DNA of 64,000 nucleotides from Sedimentisphaeraceae bacterium JB056 (GCA_044440125.1 JBITAJ010000025.1:30456-94455), one strand, 5' to 3'. Positions 9,913 through 19,977 are shown, counted from the stretch's first letter. Program-made: numbers and translations. The notes: generated by a model not told the origin, from the sequence alone.

Positions 9913-12900
9913 ATGTTTTACAAACCTTACAGTTCCAGGCTTTTATATCTTCTTATTATATTAACCTGTTTATGCTGCTATGGGGCAACGACTTCTGAAA
10001 TCTCGCATGAGTTTTTCGGCCGTATCGACCTGGAAAGAGCCGAGCTTTCCTCGGTGAAGACCGCTTACCTCTCCGGCGATCATGCCTCTGCCCTGGAAGG
10101 TTACAAGAATATCTTCATCGATCGTATGGCAGCTCTTGATCTGGGCAGTGCCGATGGCTTTTGGAGCCAGGGCGCTACGACCCAGTCTATGGCTTATTCG
10201 GGCACGATACAAATGGATGCCATGGGTACCGGCTACTGCACCGATAATATCGGTCTGCCGGGAAACGTCGAATGGTTTCCGCTTGTCGACTGTTATATTG
10301 ATTTCGGACGCGACGTTTCCTCGATGCACTGGACGGGTATAATCCTCAAAGGCTATTTCAGCGGCAATGATCAATATCTCGTACGCTTCTGCGATTACTG
10401 GAACGATTTCGGCGTCAACTGGATGGCTCAGCGGCCGCCCAACGGCTCACCATATAGCGACACGCTTCATTGGGCGTGGAAATCGGGTTTATATCTCGCA
10501 TGGCGGATCGATAATTTTATGCGGTTCTACGGCGCCGCGTGCACCTATGACCCTTCTGCGGCCAAAGCCTCGATAAGCGGGGAAGAGCTGGCAAATATTC
10601 TCAACCAGCTTGCTACGCTGGAAATTCCCGACCTGGCCGGTTTCAGGTACCCAAGCACGCCCAATCAGCAGGTGCTGTCGATACAGGCTTTGCTCAAGGC
10701 CGCGGCGGCAATGGAAGACTTCAAGGATGCGGATGATTGGCGAAGCTTTGCACTTATCAAGGCTCAGGAATACGTGACAGCCGGAAGCTATCTTGCCGAC
10801 GGCTCCGATCAGGAGCAGTCGTTCAACTATAACGCCGGTCTTGTCGGTTCTGCCCAGCAGATGATCGACCTGATAAACCAGATAATGCCTGATGATCAGC
10901 AGGCACAGGACCTTGTTACCCAGCTTTCCGAAGTCAAAACATACCGAAGCCGTTTTCTGGAGATACTCAAAAGCCCGATAGGAAGCACTCCGGCAACCGG
11001 CACCTCGGCTATGAGCGTTCCCGCTGAATATACTCCACTCGTTTATGACGAATTTACTTCCGTTTATTATCCTTACGGCGGATATACGATGCTGCGTTCG
11101 CTCTGGCAAAACGATGCGCTGTATGCTTTCTTCAAGTCCAGCCGAATCGGTTACGGCCATTACGTTGAAGACGGCCTGCACCTGACGCTCTGCGCTTACG
11201 GCAAGAACCTGCTCATAGCCGGCGGCCCCAACAGCTACAGCGGCGAGGCCATCGACTCTTATTATCGTTCATCTTTCTCACGCAATACCATCGCCGTTGA
11301 CGGCTTCGGCCAGAGTTCTCGCCAGGGAAATGAAATGCCCGCCGAGGGTTATCCCGAACCTATCGATGCATTGTGGCACAGCTCCCCGAATTTTGATCTT
11401 GCCGAGGGAAGCTATCCTTACGGCTACGGCGACAAGATAACTGATGTTACGCATAAGCGGCAATTGCTATTTGCAAGGCAATTGGATCTGTTCGTCGTTG
11501 TTGACCGTCTGTTAAGCTCTCAGGTTCATGACTATACGCTTACCTGGGGTTTTGATTCGATTTTCGATTCCTCGGATGTGCATTATGATAGCGCCGTCAA
11601 AAAACTTTACACCGATAAAACGAACTCCGTTAATCTCGCGATACATCATTTCACTTCGGCATCTTTATCGCCGACGATGTATTACGGCGATTCGGCTAAT
11701 CTCAAAGGCTGGTACACACCCGTTTCCGGCCACGACAACAATATTGCCAAAGTCGATGCTCACCTCAATTGGAGGGGCTCAGGAAATCAGCAGGTGGTAA
11801 GTCTTCTCGATCCGCAAAGCTCTCAAAGCATAGATATCCAGACCATCACCCCTTATGACAACGGCTTCGATCTCGCCATGGAAAACGGCGCGTCTATGAG
11901 TTTTCGTGCTTCTGGTCAGTCGCAGACTTTCGATGTTATGGGTGTAAGCGTAGCGGCAAAAATGCTTGCCGTGCAGGATACCGGCGGACAGACTTTGAAC
12001 GGTATGGTCCTTGCAAGCGGCGATTCTATAAGTATCGACGGACGCTCCTTCACTTGCCGCTATCAGGATTACGAATTCAGCTTTGACGGCAGTTCGCTCA
12101 GCATTACCGAAATAAAAGTTCCACAAACTTTCCGCTGGGAGGGTGAGGGCAGTCATATCAAGCCACAATATCAGCCGCAAGCACAACAGGGCAGCAGCGA
12201 GGCGATTTGGTGGAATATGGACGAACTGCAGGACCCGGCCTTCGAAAATTCTGCCGGAGCCTCTTATGCCGCGGTTTTATCCGGCGAACCTCTCTGGCAA
12301 GGTGATGCCGGGATAAGAGAAGGATGTTTTGATTTTGACGGCGCAGACGACCGGGTATCCATAGGTGATGCTTTTATGCCCGCCGCCGGGTCTCAGCCGA
12401 GAACTGTCGCCGTCTGGATAAGGACTGCCGATGGCGGCGATATCGTCAGTTGGGGGCAGAAGTCCGCATCAGCTCTCTGGTCATTAAGGATAAATGATGA
12501 AGGCAAAGTCGCAATAGATGTGCAGGGCGGCGAACTTATCGGACAAACTGATTTACTTGATGATAAATGGCATCATATAGCCCTTGTTCTTCCCCAGGCT
12601 AACACCGGCTGGCTTTCGGACGCTGTTATGTATATTGACGGAAAAAGAGAGCAGCCTGCTTTAGTGATCGATTATGAGGTTGCTACCTTAGGCAGCGGCG
12701 TTGTCATAGGAAGCGATGTTGACGGAATCAGTTACTACAAGGGTTTGCTTGATGAGGTATTGATAGCCGGGATCGAATTGACCGACGGACAGATAACGCA
12801 GTTATATCGAGGGGGCTGTGATTCTTTTGCCATGCCGTGCGGCGGATTGGTTTTCGATTCGCGCAAACGACTGATAGCGGATGTCAACTACGACTGCCGC

Positions 12901-13656
12901 ATCGATATTCATGATCTCAGCTTGATCTCTGAGAGCTGGCTGGCAATCCAGACACCTTTTACCGCTGACCTCAACGCAGACGATCTCATTGATATGGATG
13001 ACTATTCTTTGCTCGCTTCAAACTGGCAGAATATCTTGCCGCTATTGTGGTGGCCTTTCGATTCGTTTCAAAATGGCGTCGCTGAGGATATAGGCGTATT
13101 GGCTTTAAACGGCATTGCGGCAGGTTCGCCTGCTCTCGTCAGCCGGGCAGCGGATATGGCAGTAGCATTTGACGGAATAGACGACCGCATTACTGTAGCC
13201 TATTTTGATGGTGTTATCGGTTCCTCTCAGCGCAGCGTGAGTATGTGGATAAAGGTTCAGGATTGCGGCGGCCTGCTAAGCTGGGGAGATGCTGCCGGTC
13301 AGGTGTTCACCGTTGCCGTCCAGCAGCAGTACGGATTGCCCGGGACGCTCGCCTTGTTGGCTGGAACCGGATACCGTATTGGCAGAACGGACCTTCGCGA
13401 CGGCCAATGGCATCATATCGCGGCAGTATTGCCCGACGATGGTTCCGCCGATGTTTGGGAGTCAAAGCTCTATGTTGACGGTGTCGAGGAGAGATACAGT
13501 TCTTTCAGAAGCTGCCGTGTTGATACTTCCCCCGGAATGTTGGTTGCCGGATCGAATATCTCAGGAGCCGATTATTTCACCGGTGCGATGGATGATATAA
13601 GAATTTATGACAGATCGCTCAGCTCTGAGGCGATCGCTAAGATTATGCAGGAATGA
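9913..13656 (+). CDS. Modular secreted heparinase II/III-like lyase + LamG + dockerin-like + LamG
   Basis: Catalytic part paralogous to 3540-5873; two LamG domains (FDG.DD, D..WHHIA.V, YIDG/YVDG, G.LDEV/G.MDDIRIY); DVNYDCRIDIHDL...W and DLNADDLIDMDDY...W calcium-loop pair; alternative start 9880. Confidence 0.78.
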   Translation: MFYKPYSSRLLYLLIILTCLCCYGATTSEISHEFFGRIDLERAELSSVKTAYLSGDHASALEGYKNIFIDRMAALDLGSADGFWSQGATTQSMAYSGTIQMDAMGTGYCTDNIGLPGNVEWFPLVDCYIDFGRDVSSMHWTGIILKGYFSGNDQYLVRFCDYWNDFGVNWMAQRPPNGSPYSDTLHWAWKSGLYLAWRIDNFMRFYGAACTYDPSAAKASISGEELANILNQLATLEIPDLAGFRYPSTPNQQVLSIQALLKAAAAMEDFKDADDWRSFALIKAQEYVTAGSYLADGSDQEQSFNYNAGLVGSAQQMIDLINQIMPDDQQAQDLVTQLSEVKTYRSRFLEILKSPIGSTPATGTSAMSVPAEYTPLVYDEFTSVYYPYGGYTMLRSLWQNDALYAFFKSSRIGYGHYVEDGLHLTLCAYGKNLLIAGGPNSYSGEAIDSYYRSSFSRNTIAVDGFGQSSRQGNEMPAEGYPEPIDALWHSSPNFDLAEGSYPYGYGDKITDVTHKRQLLFARQLDLFVVVDRLLSSQVHDYTLTWGFDSIFDSSDVHYDSAVKKLYTDKTNSVNLAIHHFTSASLSPTMYYGDSANLKGWYTPVSGHDNNIAKVDAHLNWRGSGNQQVVSLLDPQSSQSIDIQTITPYDNGFDLAMENGASMSFRASGQSQTFDVMGVSVAAKMLAVQDTGGQTLNGMVLASGDSISIDGRSFTCRYQDYEFSFDGSSLSITEIKVPQTFRWEGEGSHIKPQYQPQAQQGSSEAIWWNMDELQDPAFENSAGASYAAVLSGEPLWQGDAGIREGCFDFDGADDRVSIGDAFMPAAGSQPRTVAVWIRTADGGDIVSWGQKSASALWSLRINDEGKVAIDVQGGELIGQTDLLDDKWHHIALVLPQANTGWLSDAVMYIDGKREQPALVIDYEVATLGSGVVIGSDVDGISYYKGLLDEVLIAGIELTDGQITQLYRGGCDSFAMPCGGLVFDSRKRLIADVNYDCRIDIHDLSLISESWLAIQTPFTADLNADDLIDMDDYSLLASNWQNILPLLWWPFDSFQNGVAEDIGVLALNGIAAGSPALVSRAADMAVAFDGIDDRITVAYFDGVIGSSQRSVSMWIKVQDCGGLLSWGDAAGQVFTVAVQQQYGLPGTLALLAGTGYRIGRTDLRDGQWHHIAAVLPDDGSADVWESKLYVDGVEERYSSFRSCRVDTSPGMLVAGSNISGADYFTGAMDDIRIYDRSLSSEAIAKIMQE

Positions 13657-13682
13657 TTTACTTTTAAGTAATGGAGACTTTT

Positions 13683-15194
13683 ATGAAAACGCGTAGAGAT
13701 TTTTTGAAGATGATGGGAGCCGCCGCGGCAGCTTCGGCATTGCCCGGCTGCATGGGTTCTGGTAAGCTTGCTTCTGCAAAAAGGCCCCCGAATATAATTT
13801 TTATTCTTGCAGACGACCTGGGTAATCACGACTTGAGCTGCTGCGGCAGTGAACTTTATCAGACGCCGCATATAGATACACTTGCTATGGACGGTATGTA
13901 TTTCAGTAATGCACATGCAGCCTTCCCAACTTGTGCTCCAAGCAGGATGTCTATAATAACCGGTAAATACCCCGCACGTTTCGGTTGCTGGGGACACGGC
14001 GAGCTTGGCGGCGTAATTGAAGGTGATCTAAGCCTGCCTACAGAAGAAGTAACCTACGCTGAAGTATTCAGGCAAAATGGTTATCTTACAGGACATATAG
14101 GCAAGTGGCACTGCGGTGAAGAAGGACATATGCCGCAGGATCAGGGTTATGATTATGTGTATGGGGCAAATGATTTCTGCTGCATAGGCAGCTATTACTA
14201 CCCCTTCCAGGCCCTTGAAAGACATCCCAAGGCACGCCTTGATCTCGATGATCTCGACGATGCCGATAAGGCCAAACATCTCACGCAGATACTCTCTGAG
14301 AAGGTGGTTGACTTTATCTGGGAAAACAAGGATAAGCCCTTTATGCTCGATTACTGGGACTATGCCCCGCATCATCCGCTTGAAGCCGACAGCGATAAAC
14401 TGGAGAAGTACCGAGGGCTTATAGGTCCTGATTTTAAACAAAGAAATCCCGGCTACGCGGGCCTTGTAGAGCATTACGATGAGGCTGTGGGTAGGGTCCT
14501 CAAGGCTGTTGAGGATGCGGGTATTGCAGACAATACCATAATAGTTTTCACGAGCGATAACGGCGGAGCAACATACTGTTCCAACGATACCGGCAAATAC
14601 AATGATATTCCGATTACAAATAATTATCCCCTTAGGGATGGTAAGCATAGTCAGTATTACGGCGGAACGCGCGTACCTGCTTTCGTAAGATGGCCCGGCG
14701 TAACAAAGCCAGGTTCGGTTTGCGACGAAAGAGTGATCGGTTTCGATCTTTATCCTACGATGCTCAGCATGGCCAGCATAAACGTTCCTGAAGATATTGC
14801 CGATAAGATTGACGGCAAAGATATTACTTCGCTTCTCAAAGACTCTGATGCTTCTCTTGAGCCGCGTGCTCTTCACTGGCTTCGTTATCCGCGCGCTGAT
14901 CGCTACCATGAAGGTGTAGAAATGTCGAAAGGGCCATGCGGCTCGATACTCAAAGGCGATTGGAAGCTGGTTGAATTTCCTGTTACACTTTACGGACAAA
15001 AGCAGACCTTTGAGCTTTACAACGTGAGAGAAGATATTTCCGAGGAAAATAACCTCGCCGATAAAATGCCCGGCAAGGTGCAGCAGCTTAAAAAGGAAAT
15101 GTATCAATGGCGAAAAGAGGTTGGTGCTCCTGTGGACAGCCGCCAGATGTACAATGAAGCTTTGAAGAAAATGGAAGAAACGAAGCAGAAATAA
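13683..15194 (+). CDS. Cys-type sulfatase with Tat signal and lipobox-like Cys
   Basis: TRRDFLK...ALPGC; PNIIFILADDLG, CAPSR, GKWH, SDNGG; GGAG RBS. Confidence 0.92.
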   Translation: MKTRRDFLKMMGAAAAASALPGCMGSGKLASAKRPPNIIFILADDLGNHDLSCCGSELYQTPHIDTLAMDGMYFSNAHAAFPTCAPSRMSIITGKYPARFGCWGHGELGGVIEGDLSLPTEEVTYAEVFRQNGYLTGHIGKWHCGEEGHMPQDQGYDYVYGANDFCCIGSYYYPFQALERHPKARLDLDDLDDADKAKHLTQILSEKVVDFIWENKDKPFMLDYWDYAPHHPLEADSDKLEKYRGLIGPDFKQRNPGYAGLVEHYDEAVGRVLKAVEDAGIADNTIIVFTSDNGGATYCSNDTGKYNDIPITNNYPLRDGKHSQYYGGTRVPAFVRWPGVTKPGSVCDERVIGFDLYPTMLSMASINVPEDIADKIDGKDITSLLKDSDASLEPRALHWLRYPRADRYHEGVEMSKGPCGSILKGDWKLVEFPVTLYGQKQTFELYNVREDISEENNLADKMPGKVQQLKKEMYQWRKEVGAPVDSRQMYNEALKKMEETKQK

Positions 15195-16627
15195 TGAAAA
15201 AGTTGGACGAAAATCATGGTTTGAGTAATAAAAAACTCAATGTCATAATGATACTTGTCGATGACCTTGGCGCTACGGATTTGGCATGTTGCGGCAGTGA
15301 CTTCTATGAAACTCCGAATCTCGATGCGCTCGCTGAAAAAGGAATGCGTTTTGTCAACGCCTGGGCTACCTGCCCAGTATGCTCTCCAAGCAGGGCAAGT
15401 GTGATGACCGGCAAGTATCCGGCTCGTTTGGGGTTGACAAACTTTATCGACCACTCCGGTGATTATCACCCCTCAAAAGGGTTTCTGGTAGACGCCCCTT
15501 ATATTAAGAGTCTCGACCCCGGTGAATATTCGTTAGCTCGTATCCTAAAAGATAATGGCTGGAAAACTTTTCATGTTGGCAAGTGGCATCTTGGAGGCCG
15601 CCAATGCTGGCCTGATAAGCATGGCTTCGATGTGAATGTTGCCGGATGCCATTGGGGTATGCCGAGTAATGGCTATTTTAGCCCGTGGGGAATCCCGAAT
15701 CTTGAGGATGGTCCTGAAGGAGAATATCTGCCTGACAGGCTCGGCGATGAAGCCGTTCGTCTGATAGAAGAAAATGCGGCTACAGGTAAACCTTTCTATC
15801 TTAATTATTGGCCGTATCTGGTACATGTACCTATAGAGGCCAAATCTGAAAAGATTGAAAAATATCGTCGAAAAGCAGAAGAAATGGGTCTGGACAAAAT
15901 CAAGACGTTTGAAGAAGGTGCCGAATTCAAAATGGACAGCAAAAAAGGACAACCGATTAAACGCCGGTTGCTTCATTCTGATCCGATTTATGCAGCCATG
16001 ATTGAAAGCCTTGATGAGAATGTAGGCAAAATTCTTGATGCAGTTGAAAGAACCGGTCAAACGGATAATACTTTGATTATATTCACTTCTGACAACGGAG
16101 GCCTTGCAACTGCTGAAGGTTCACCCACTTGCAATGCCCCCTATGCTGAGGGCAAGGGGTGGATGTATGAAGGTGGTACCCGTGAGCCGCTAATCATAAA
16201 ACTGCCGGGTGTAACGACCCCCGGTTCTATTTCTGATTCTTATGTTACGGGTACGGATTACTATCCTACAATATTAGAGGCCGCAGGTCTTGATGCTTTG
16301 CCGACTCAGCATGTTGATGGTCGCAGCTTTTATGATGCTCTTTGTGGAAAGCCGTACCAAAGAGACGCGATGTTCTGGCACTACCCGCATTACGGCAATC
16401 AGGGTGGGGAACCAGGCGCATCTGTAATAGAAGGTGATTACAAACTTATCAAGTTTTTTGAAGATGGCCGTCTCGAACTTTATGATATTGTGAAGGATGT
16501 TTCGGAAACTAATAATATTTCAGAAAGCAATCCGGAAGTCCGTGACCGGCTTCATGAAATACTACTTGATTGGCAGAAAGACGTAGCTGCTCGTCTACCT
16601 GGAAAAAATCACGACTGGAAACAATGA
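15194..16627 (+). CDS. Cys-type sulfatase, no signal peptide
   Basis: NVIMILVDDLG, CSPSR, GKWHLG, SDNGG; TAATG overlap with upstream stop. Confidence 0.92.
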   Translation: MKKLDENHGLSNKKLNVIMILVDDLGATDLACCGSDFYETPNLDALAEKGMRFVNAWATCPVCSPSRASVMTGKYPARLGLTNFIDHSGDYHPSKGFLVDAPYIKSLDPGEYSLARILKDNGWKTFHVGKWHLGGRQCWPDKHGFDVNVAGCHWGMPSNGYFSPWGIPNLEDGPEGEYLPDRLGDEAVRLIEENAATGKPFYLNYWPYLVHVPIEAKSEKIEKYRRKAEEMGLDKIKTFEEGAEFKMDSKKGQPIKRRLLHSDPIYAAMIESLDENVGKILDAVERTGQTDNTLIIFTSDNGGLATAEGSPTCNAPYAEGKGWMYEGGTREPLIIKLPGVTTPGSISDSYVTGTDYYPTILEAAGLDALPTQHVDGRSFYDALCGKPYQRDAMFWHYPHYGNQGGEPGASVIEGDYKLIKFFEDGRLELYDIVKDVSETNNISESNPEVRDRLHEILLDWQKDVAARLPGKNHDWKQ

Positions 16628-16628
16628 T

Positions 16629-17684
16629 ATGATAATGAACCAGATAGAAAACCTTAAAATAATCCACGAAAAACTTGAGAACTGGTGGAACTTTGGACCT
16701 CAGTCTTCGCCGCTGCTGCTCGCTTCGGTGCTTAAGGACGATCATTCTCCGCTGCCTGATACCGATGACCTGAAAAAGTACTGGACGGACGTTGATTTTA
16801 TAATTGAACGAAATATGAGAACCATTGATGCGACCAACTATTACGGCGTAGCGGTCCCGTTTCATTATATTGATTTCAGCGCTTCTGCCATGCCCTGTGC
16901 GTTGGGCGGTGAGATAGAGTATGTCAATAAAGATACGGTATGGTCCCATCCTGTCTTCGATAATATCGGGGATGTGCTTTCGGTCAGCCTTTCAGAAGAT
17001 AACATCGCTTATTACGCCCAAGTCGAAGCCTTGCGTCGTTCCGTCAAACTTGCCAAGGGCCATCATTACGTAAGCAACTGGTCGTTCGGCGGTTTGCTCG
17101 ATACCATCAGCGGGCTCTACGGTGCCGAAGAATTGCTTATGGATCTTGTGATCTCGCCGGATAAAGTTAAAGAAGCGGTCGATTATCTTCTTAAAATCTG
17201 GATCGATGAATTTAACAAGATCGCGAAGATGATAGAGGCCTGCGGCAACAGCGGCCACATTTGCAACTGGACGGGCATCTGGGCTCCGGGTACTACCTTC
17301 CCTATACAGGAAGATTTTGCGTATATGATATCTCCGGATATGTTCGGCGAGTTTTGCCTTCCGGCCGTGAGAAAAATGGTTGAAGCTATGGATTATCCGC
17401 TCTTTCATCTTGACGGTACGGGTATGCTTGGCCATTTGGATATGCTCCTTGGCATCGATAAACTAAAGGCGGTGCAGTGGCAGCCCGGCGCTGGCAGGGA
17501 ACGACTGGATCAATGGTATGACGTTATCAGAAAGATACTTGATTCAGGCAAGTCGTGCCAGGTATTCGCCGAGCCCGATGAAATCAAACCGCTTGTCGAT
17601 AATGTCGGCACCAGGGGGCTGCTTGCCATTGTCAAAAATGTTAATAACGAGCAAATGAGGGAGCTGGAAGAAATTTACGGCTGA
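16629..17684 (+). CDS. URO-D / MtaA-CmuA corrinoid methyltransferase-like TIM-barrel protein
   Basis: G.E.LL.DL...PDKVK, QEDFAYMISPDMFGEFCLP, FHLDG, QWQPG pattern of the URO-D-like superfamily. Confidence 0.6.
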   Translation: MIMNQIENLKIIHEKLENWWNFGPQSSPLLLASVLKDDHSPLPDTDDLKKYWTDVDFIIERNMRTIDATNYYGVAVPFHYIDFSASAMPCALGGEIEYVNKDTVWSHPVFDNIGDVLSVSLSEDNIAYYAQVEALRRSVKLAKGHHYVSNWSFGGLLDTISGLYGAEELLMDLVISPDKVKEAVDYLLKIWIDEFNKIAKMIEACGNSGHICNWTGIWAPGTTFPIQEDFAYMISPDMFGEFCLPAVRKMVEAMDYPLFHLDGTGMLGHLDMLLGIDKLKAVQWQPGAGRERLDQWYDVIRKILDSGKSCQVFAEPDEIKPLVDNVGTRGLLAIVKNVNNEQMRELEEIYG

Positions 17685-17690
17685 TCAAAT

Positions 17691-19952
17691 ATGAATAAGA
17701 TTCTAAGATACGACAAACCTTCTTCTGACTGGTTCGAGAGGATGCCCATCGGTTGCGGCAGACTTGGTGCAATGGTAAGCGGCGAGCCTCTTAAAGAAAC
17801 GATCCTTCTTGATGAGGAAAGTGTCTGGGCCGGCTTCCCGGCAGATTGGGATCATCCCGGAGCTGCGCAATACCTCGGCCAAATTCGCGATCTGATATTT
17901 TCCGGTCGTTACAATGAGGCCAGGGAACTTGGCCAGCAGCATATGACAGGCTTTTTCAATCATTACGGCACGCATCTGCCCGCCGGTTCGCTGCTCATCG
18001 AATACGATCACGGCAGCGGGGATATAAGCTCTTATCGCCGTGAGCTGGATATGGCCCGGGCCGTGGCAAAAGTCAGCTATGAAGCAGGCGGTATAAACTA
18101 CAGCCGTGAGTATTTCGCATCGCATGTAGATGATGTTGTATGCATCCGCCTCAGCGGCGATAAGGCATCGGCTGTTAACGCGGCATTCTCACTGCAGAGC
18201 GAAAATCAGAATATCGAAATCGACTTCACCGGTAATTCTCTGCGAATGTTCTGCAAATGCCGCGATGGCGGTGTTGACCTTGTTATTGCTGTAAAGTTTG
18301 AGGTAGAGGGCGGCAGTTATAATGTTGCTGAAGGACGTTTCACGGTGAATGCCGCCGATTCTGTTATTATCTTTATAGATATACAGACATCATATCGCAG
18401 CAAAGAATACGCTGCGGCTGTCGATGAAAAATTTGAGGCACTCAAAGACAAGTCTTTTGAACGGATATTAAATGACCACAGTCTTGATTTCGGTTCACTG
18501 TTTAACAGGGTGGACTTTAAGCTTGAGGGCCCTGATTTGAGCGACTTGACTACCGGCGAGCGTTTTGAGCGTTTCCGCCGGGAAAAAGATGATCTCGATC
18601 TGATAACCAAATTCTTCGATATGGGCAGGTATCTGCTTATTTCATGTTCGAGGAGAGGTTCTCTTGCGGCTCACCTTCAGGGTGTGTGGAACGACAACAA
18701 GGCCGCGAATATGGGCTGGACGTGTGATTACCATCTCGATATCAATACCCAGATGAATTACTGGCCCGCTGAAGTCTGCAATCTTTCAGAATGTCACGAG
18801 CCGCTATTTGATCTCATCAAGGCTCTTGTCGAGCCGGGAAGAAAAACCGCTCAGATTCACTACGGCTGCCGCGGCTGGACCGCCCATGCCGTAACCAACC
18901 TTTGGGGTTTTACCTCACCTGGTATATCGGAAAGATGGGCCTTTTTCCCAACGGGCGGTCTTTGGGCTGCACTGCATATGGTCGAACACTACCGCTTTAC
19001 TGGCGACAGAAGCTTCCTTGAGCAAACTGCTTATCCTGTGCTTAAAGAAGCGGCTGATTTCTTTCTCGATTTTCTCGTTGAAGACCCTAAATGCGGCTAT
19101 CTTGTAACCTGTCCGGCGACCTCGGAAGAGAATATATTCCAAACGCCCGACGGCCAGATGGCAAGCGTCTGCGCCGGCCCCACTTGCGATAACGTCCTCC
19201 TGCGTGAATTGTTCGGCTTCTGCATAGAGGCCTCTCAATTGCTTGATGTGGATAATTCGCTTCGTGAAAAATGGAGAGCCGCCGCAGACAGGCTGCCGCC
19301 CTTCATTATAACCTCTGACGGCAGGCTTCAGGAGTGGCTTGAGGATTTCGATGAGCCCGAACCCGAGCACCGCCACATATCCCATCTTCTCGGCGTCCAC
19401 CCGTTCAGTCAGATAACTCCCGAGCATACCCCGCAGCTTGCCGAGGCCGCCCGCCGTGTTGTTGAGCATAAAATGACCACCAAAGGCTGGGAGGCAGTAG
19501 GCTGGAACAGATCGTGGAATATTAATATCTTCGCCGCCCTTGGACTTGGCGAAAAAGCGTATGACAATATTATGGGACTCTTTGATATAACGGCTTCGAG
19601 CCTGCTTACTTATCATCCCCCATTTGCCACTGCAGAAGAAAATATATTTGAGATGGATGGAAATACCGGTGCCACTGCGGGCATTGCTAATATGCTGTTG
19701 CAAAGCAATAACGGAGTTATCCATATTTTGCCTGCATTGCCGCAAAGCTGGAAAGCCGGCAGCATCAAAGGGCTCCGCTGCTGCGGCGGCTTTGAAGCGG
19801 ACATATTCTGGAGCGAGGGCAAACTTGTAAAAGCAGTAATAAGATCGCTTCTTGGAAATGATTGCAGCCTCAGCTACAAACAAAAGCGGATAAACTTTAA
19901 AACTCAAAAAAATAGTGAATATTTAATTAACGATAAACTAGAATTAATATGA
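17691..19952 (+). CDS. GH95 family alpha-L-fucosidase/galactosidase, no signal peptide
   Basis: MPIGCGRLGAM, GRYLLISCSR, LQGVWN, YHLDINTQMNYWP, HRHISHL, FEMDGNTG, ILPALP. Confidence 0.9.
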   Translation: MNKILRYDKPSSDWFERMPIGCGRLGAMVSGEPLKETILLDEESVWAGFPADWDHPGAAQYLGQIRDLIFSGRYNEARELGQQHMTGFFNHYGTHLPAGSLLIEYDHGSGDISSYRRELDMARAVAKVSYEAGGINYSREYFASHVDDVVCIRLSGDKASAVNAAFSLQSENQNIEIDFTGNSLRMFCKCRDGGVDLVIAVKFEVEGGSYNVAEGRFTVNAADSVIIFIDIQTSYRSKEYAAAVDEKFEALKDKSFERILNDHSLDFGSLFNRVDFKLEGPDLSDLTTGERFERFRREKDDLDLITKFFDMGRYLLISCSRRGSLAAHLQGVWNDNKAANMGWTCDYHLDINTQMNYWPAEVCNLSECHEPLFDLIKALVEPGRKTAQIHYGCRGWTAHAVTNLWGFTSPGISERWAFFPTGGLWAALHMVEHYRFTGDRSFLEQTAYPVLKEAADFFLDFLVEDPKCGYLVTCPATSEENIFQTPDGQMASVCAGPTCDNVLLRELFGFCIEASQLLDVDNSLREKWRAAADRLPPFIITSDGRLQEWLEDFDEPEPEHRHISHLLGVHPFSQITPEHTPQLAEAARRVVEHKMTTKGWEAVGWNRSWNINIFAALGLGEKAYDNIMGLFDITASSLLTYHPPFATAEENIFEMDGNTGATAGIANMLLQSNNGVIHILPALPQSWKAGSIKGLRCCGGFEADIFWSEGKLVKAVIRSLLGNDCSLSYKQKRINFKTQKNSEYLINDKLELI

Positions 19953-19977
19953 TTTTACGATTAGAAAGGTTATTGAA

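Noticed and set aside
14028..15107. 359-aa antisense ORF
   Set aside because: Entirely opposite a well-supported sulfatase; typical antisense shadow
18915..19907. 330-aa antisense ORF
   Set aside because: Opposite the GH95 catalytic domain; no recognisable features
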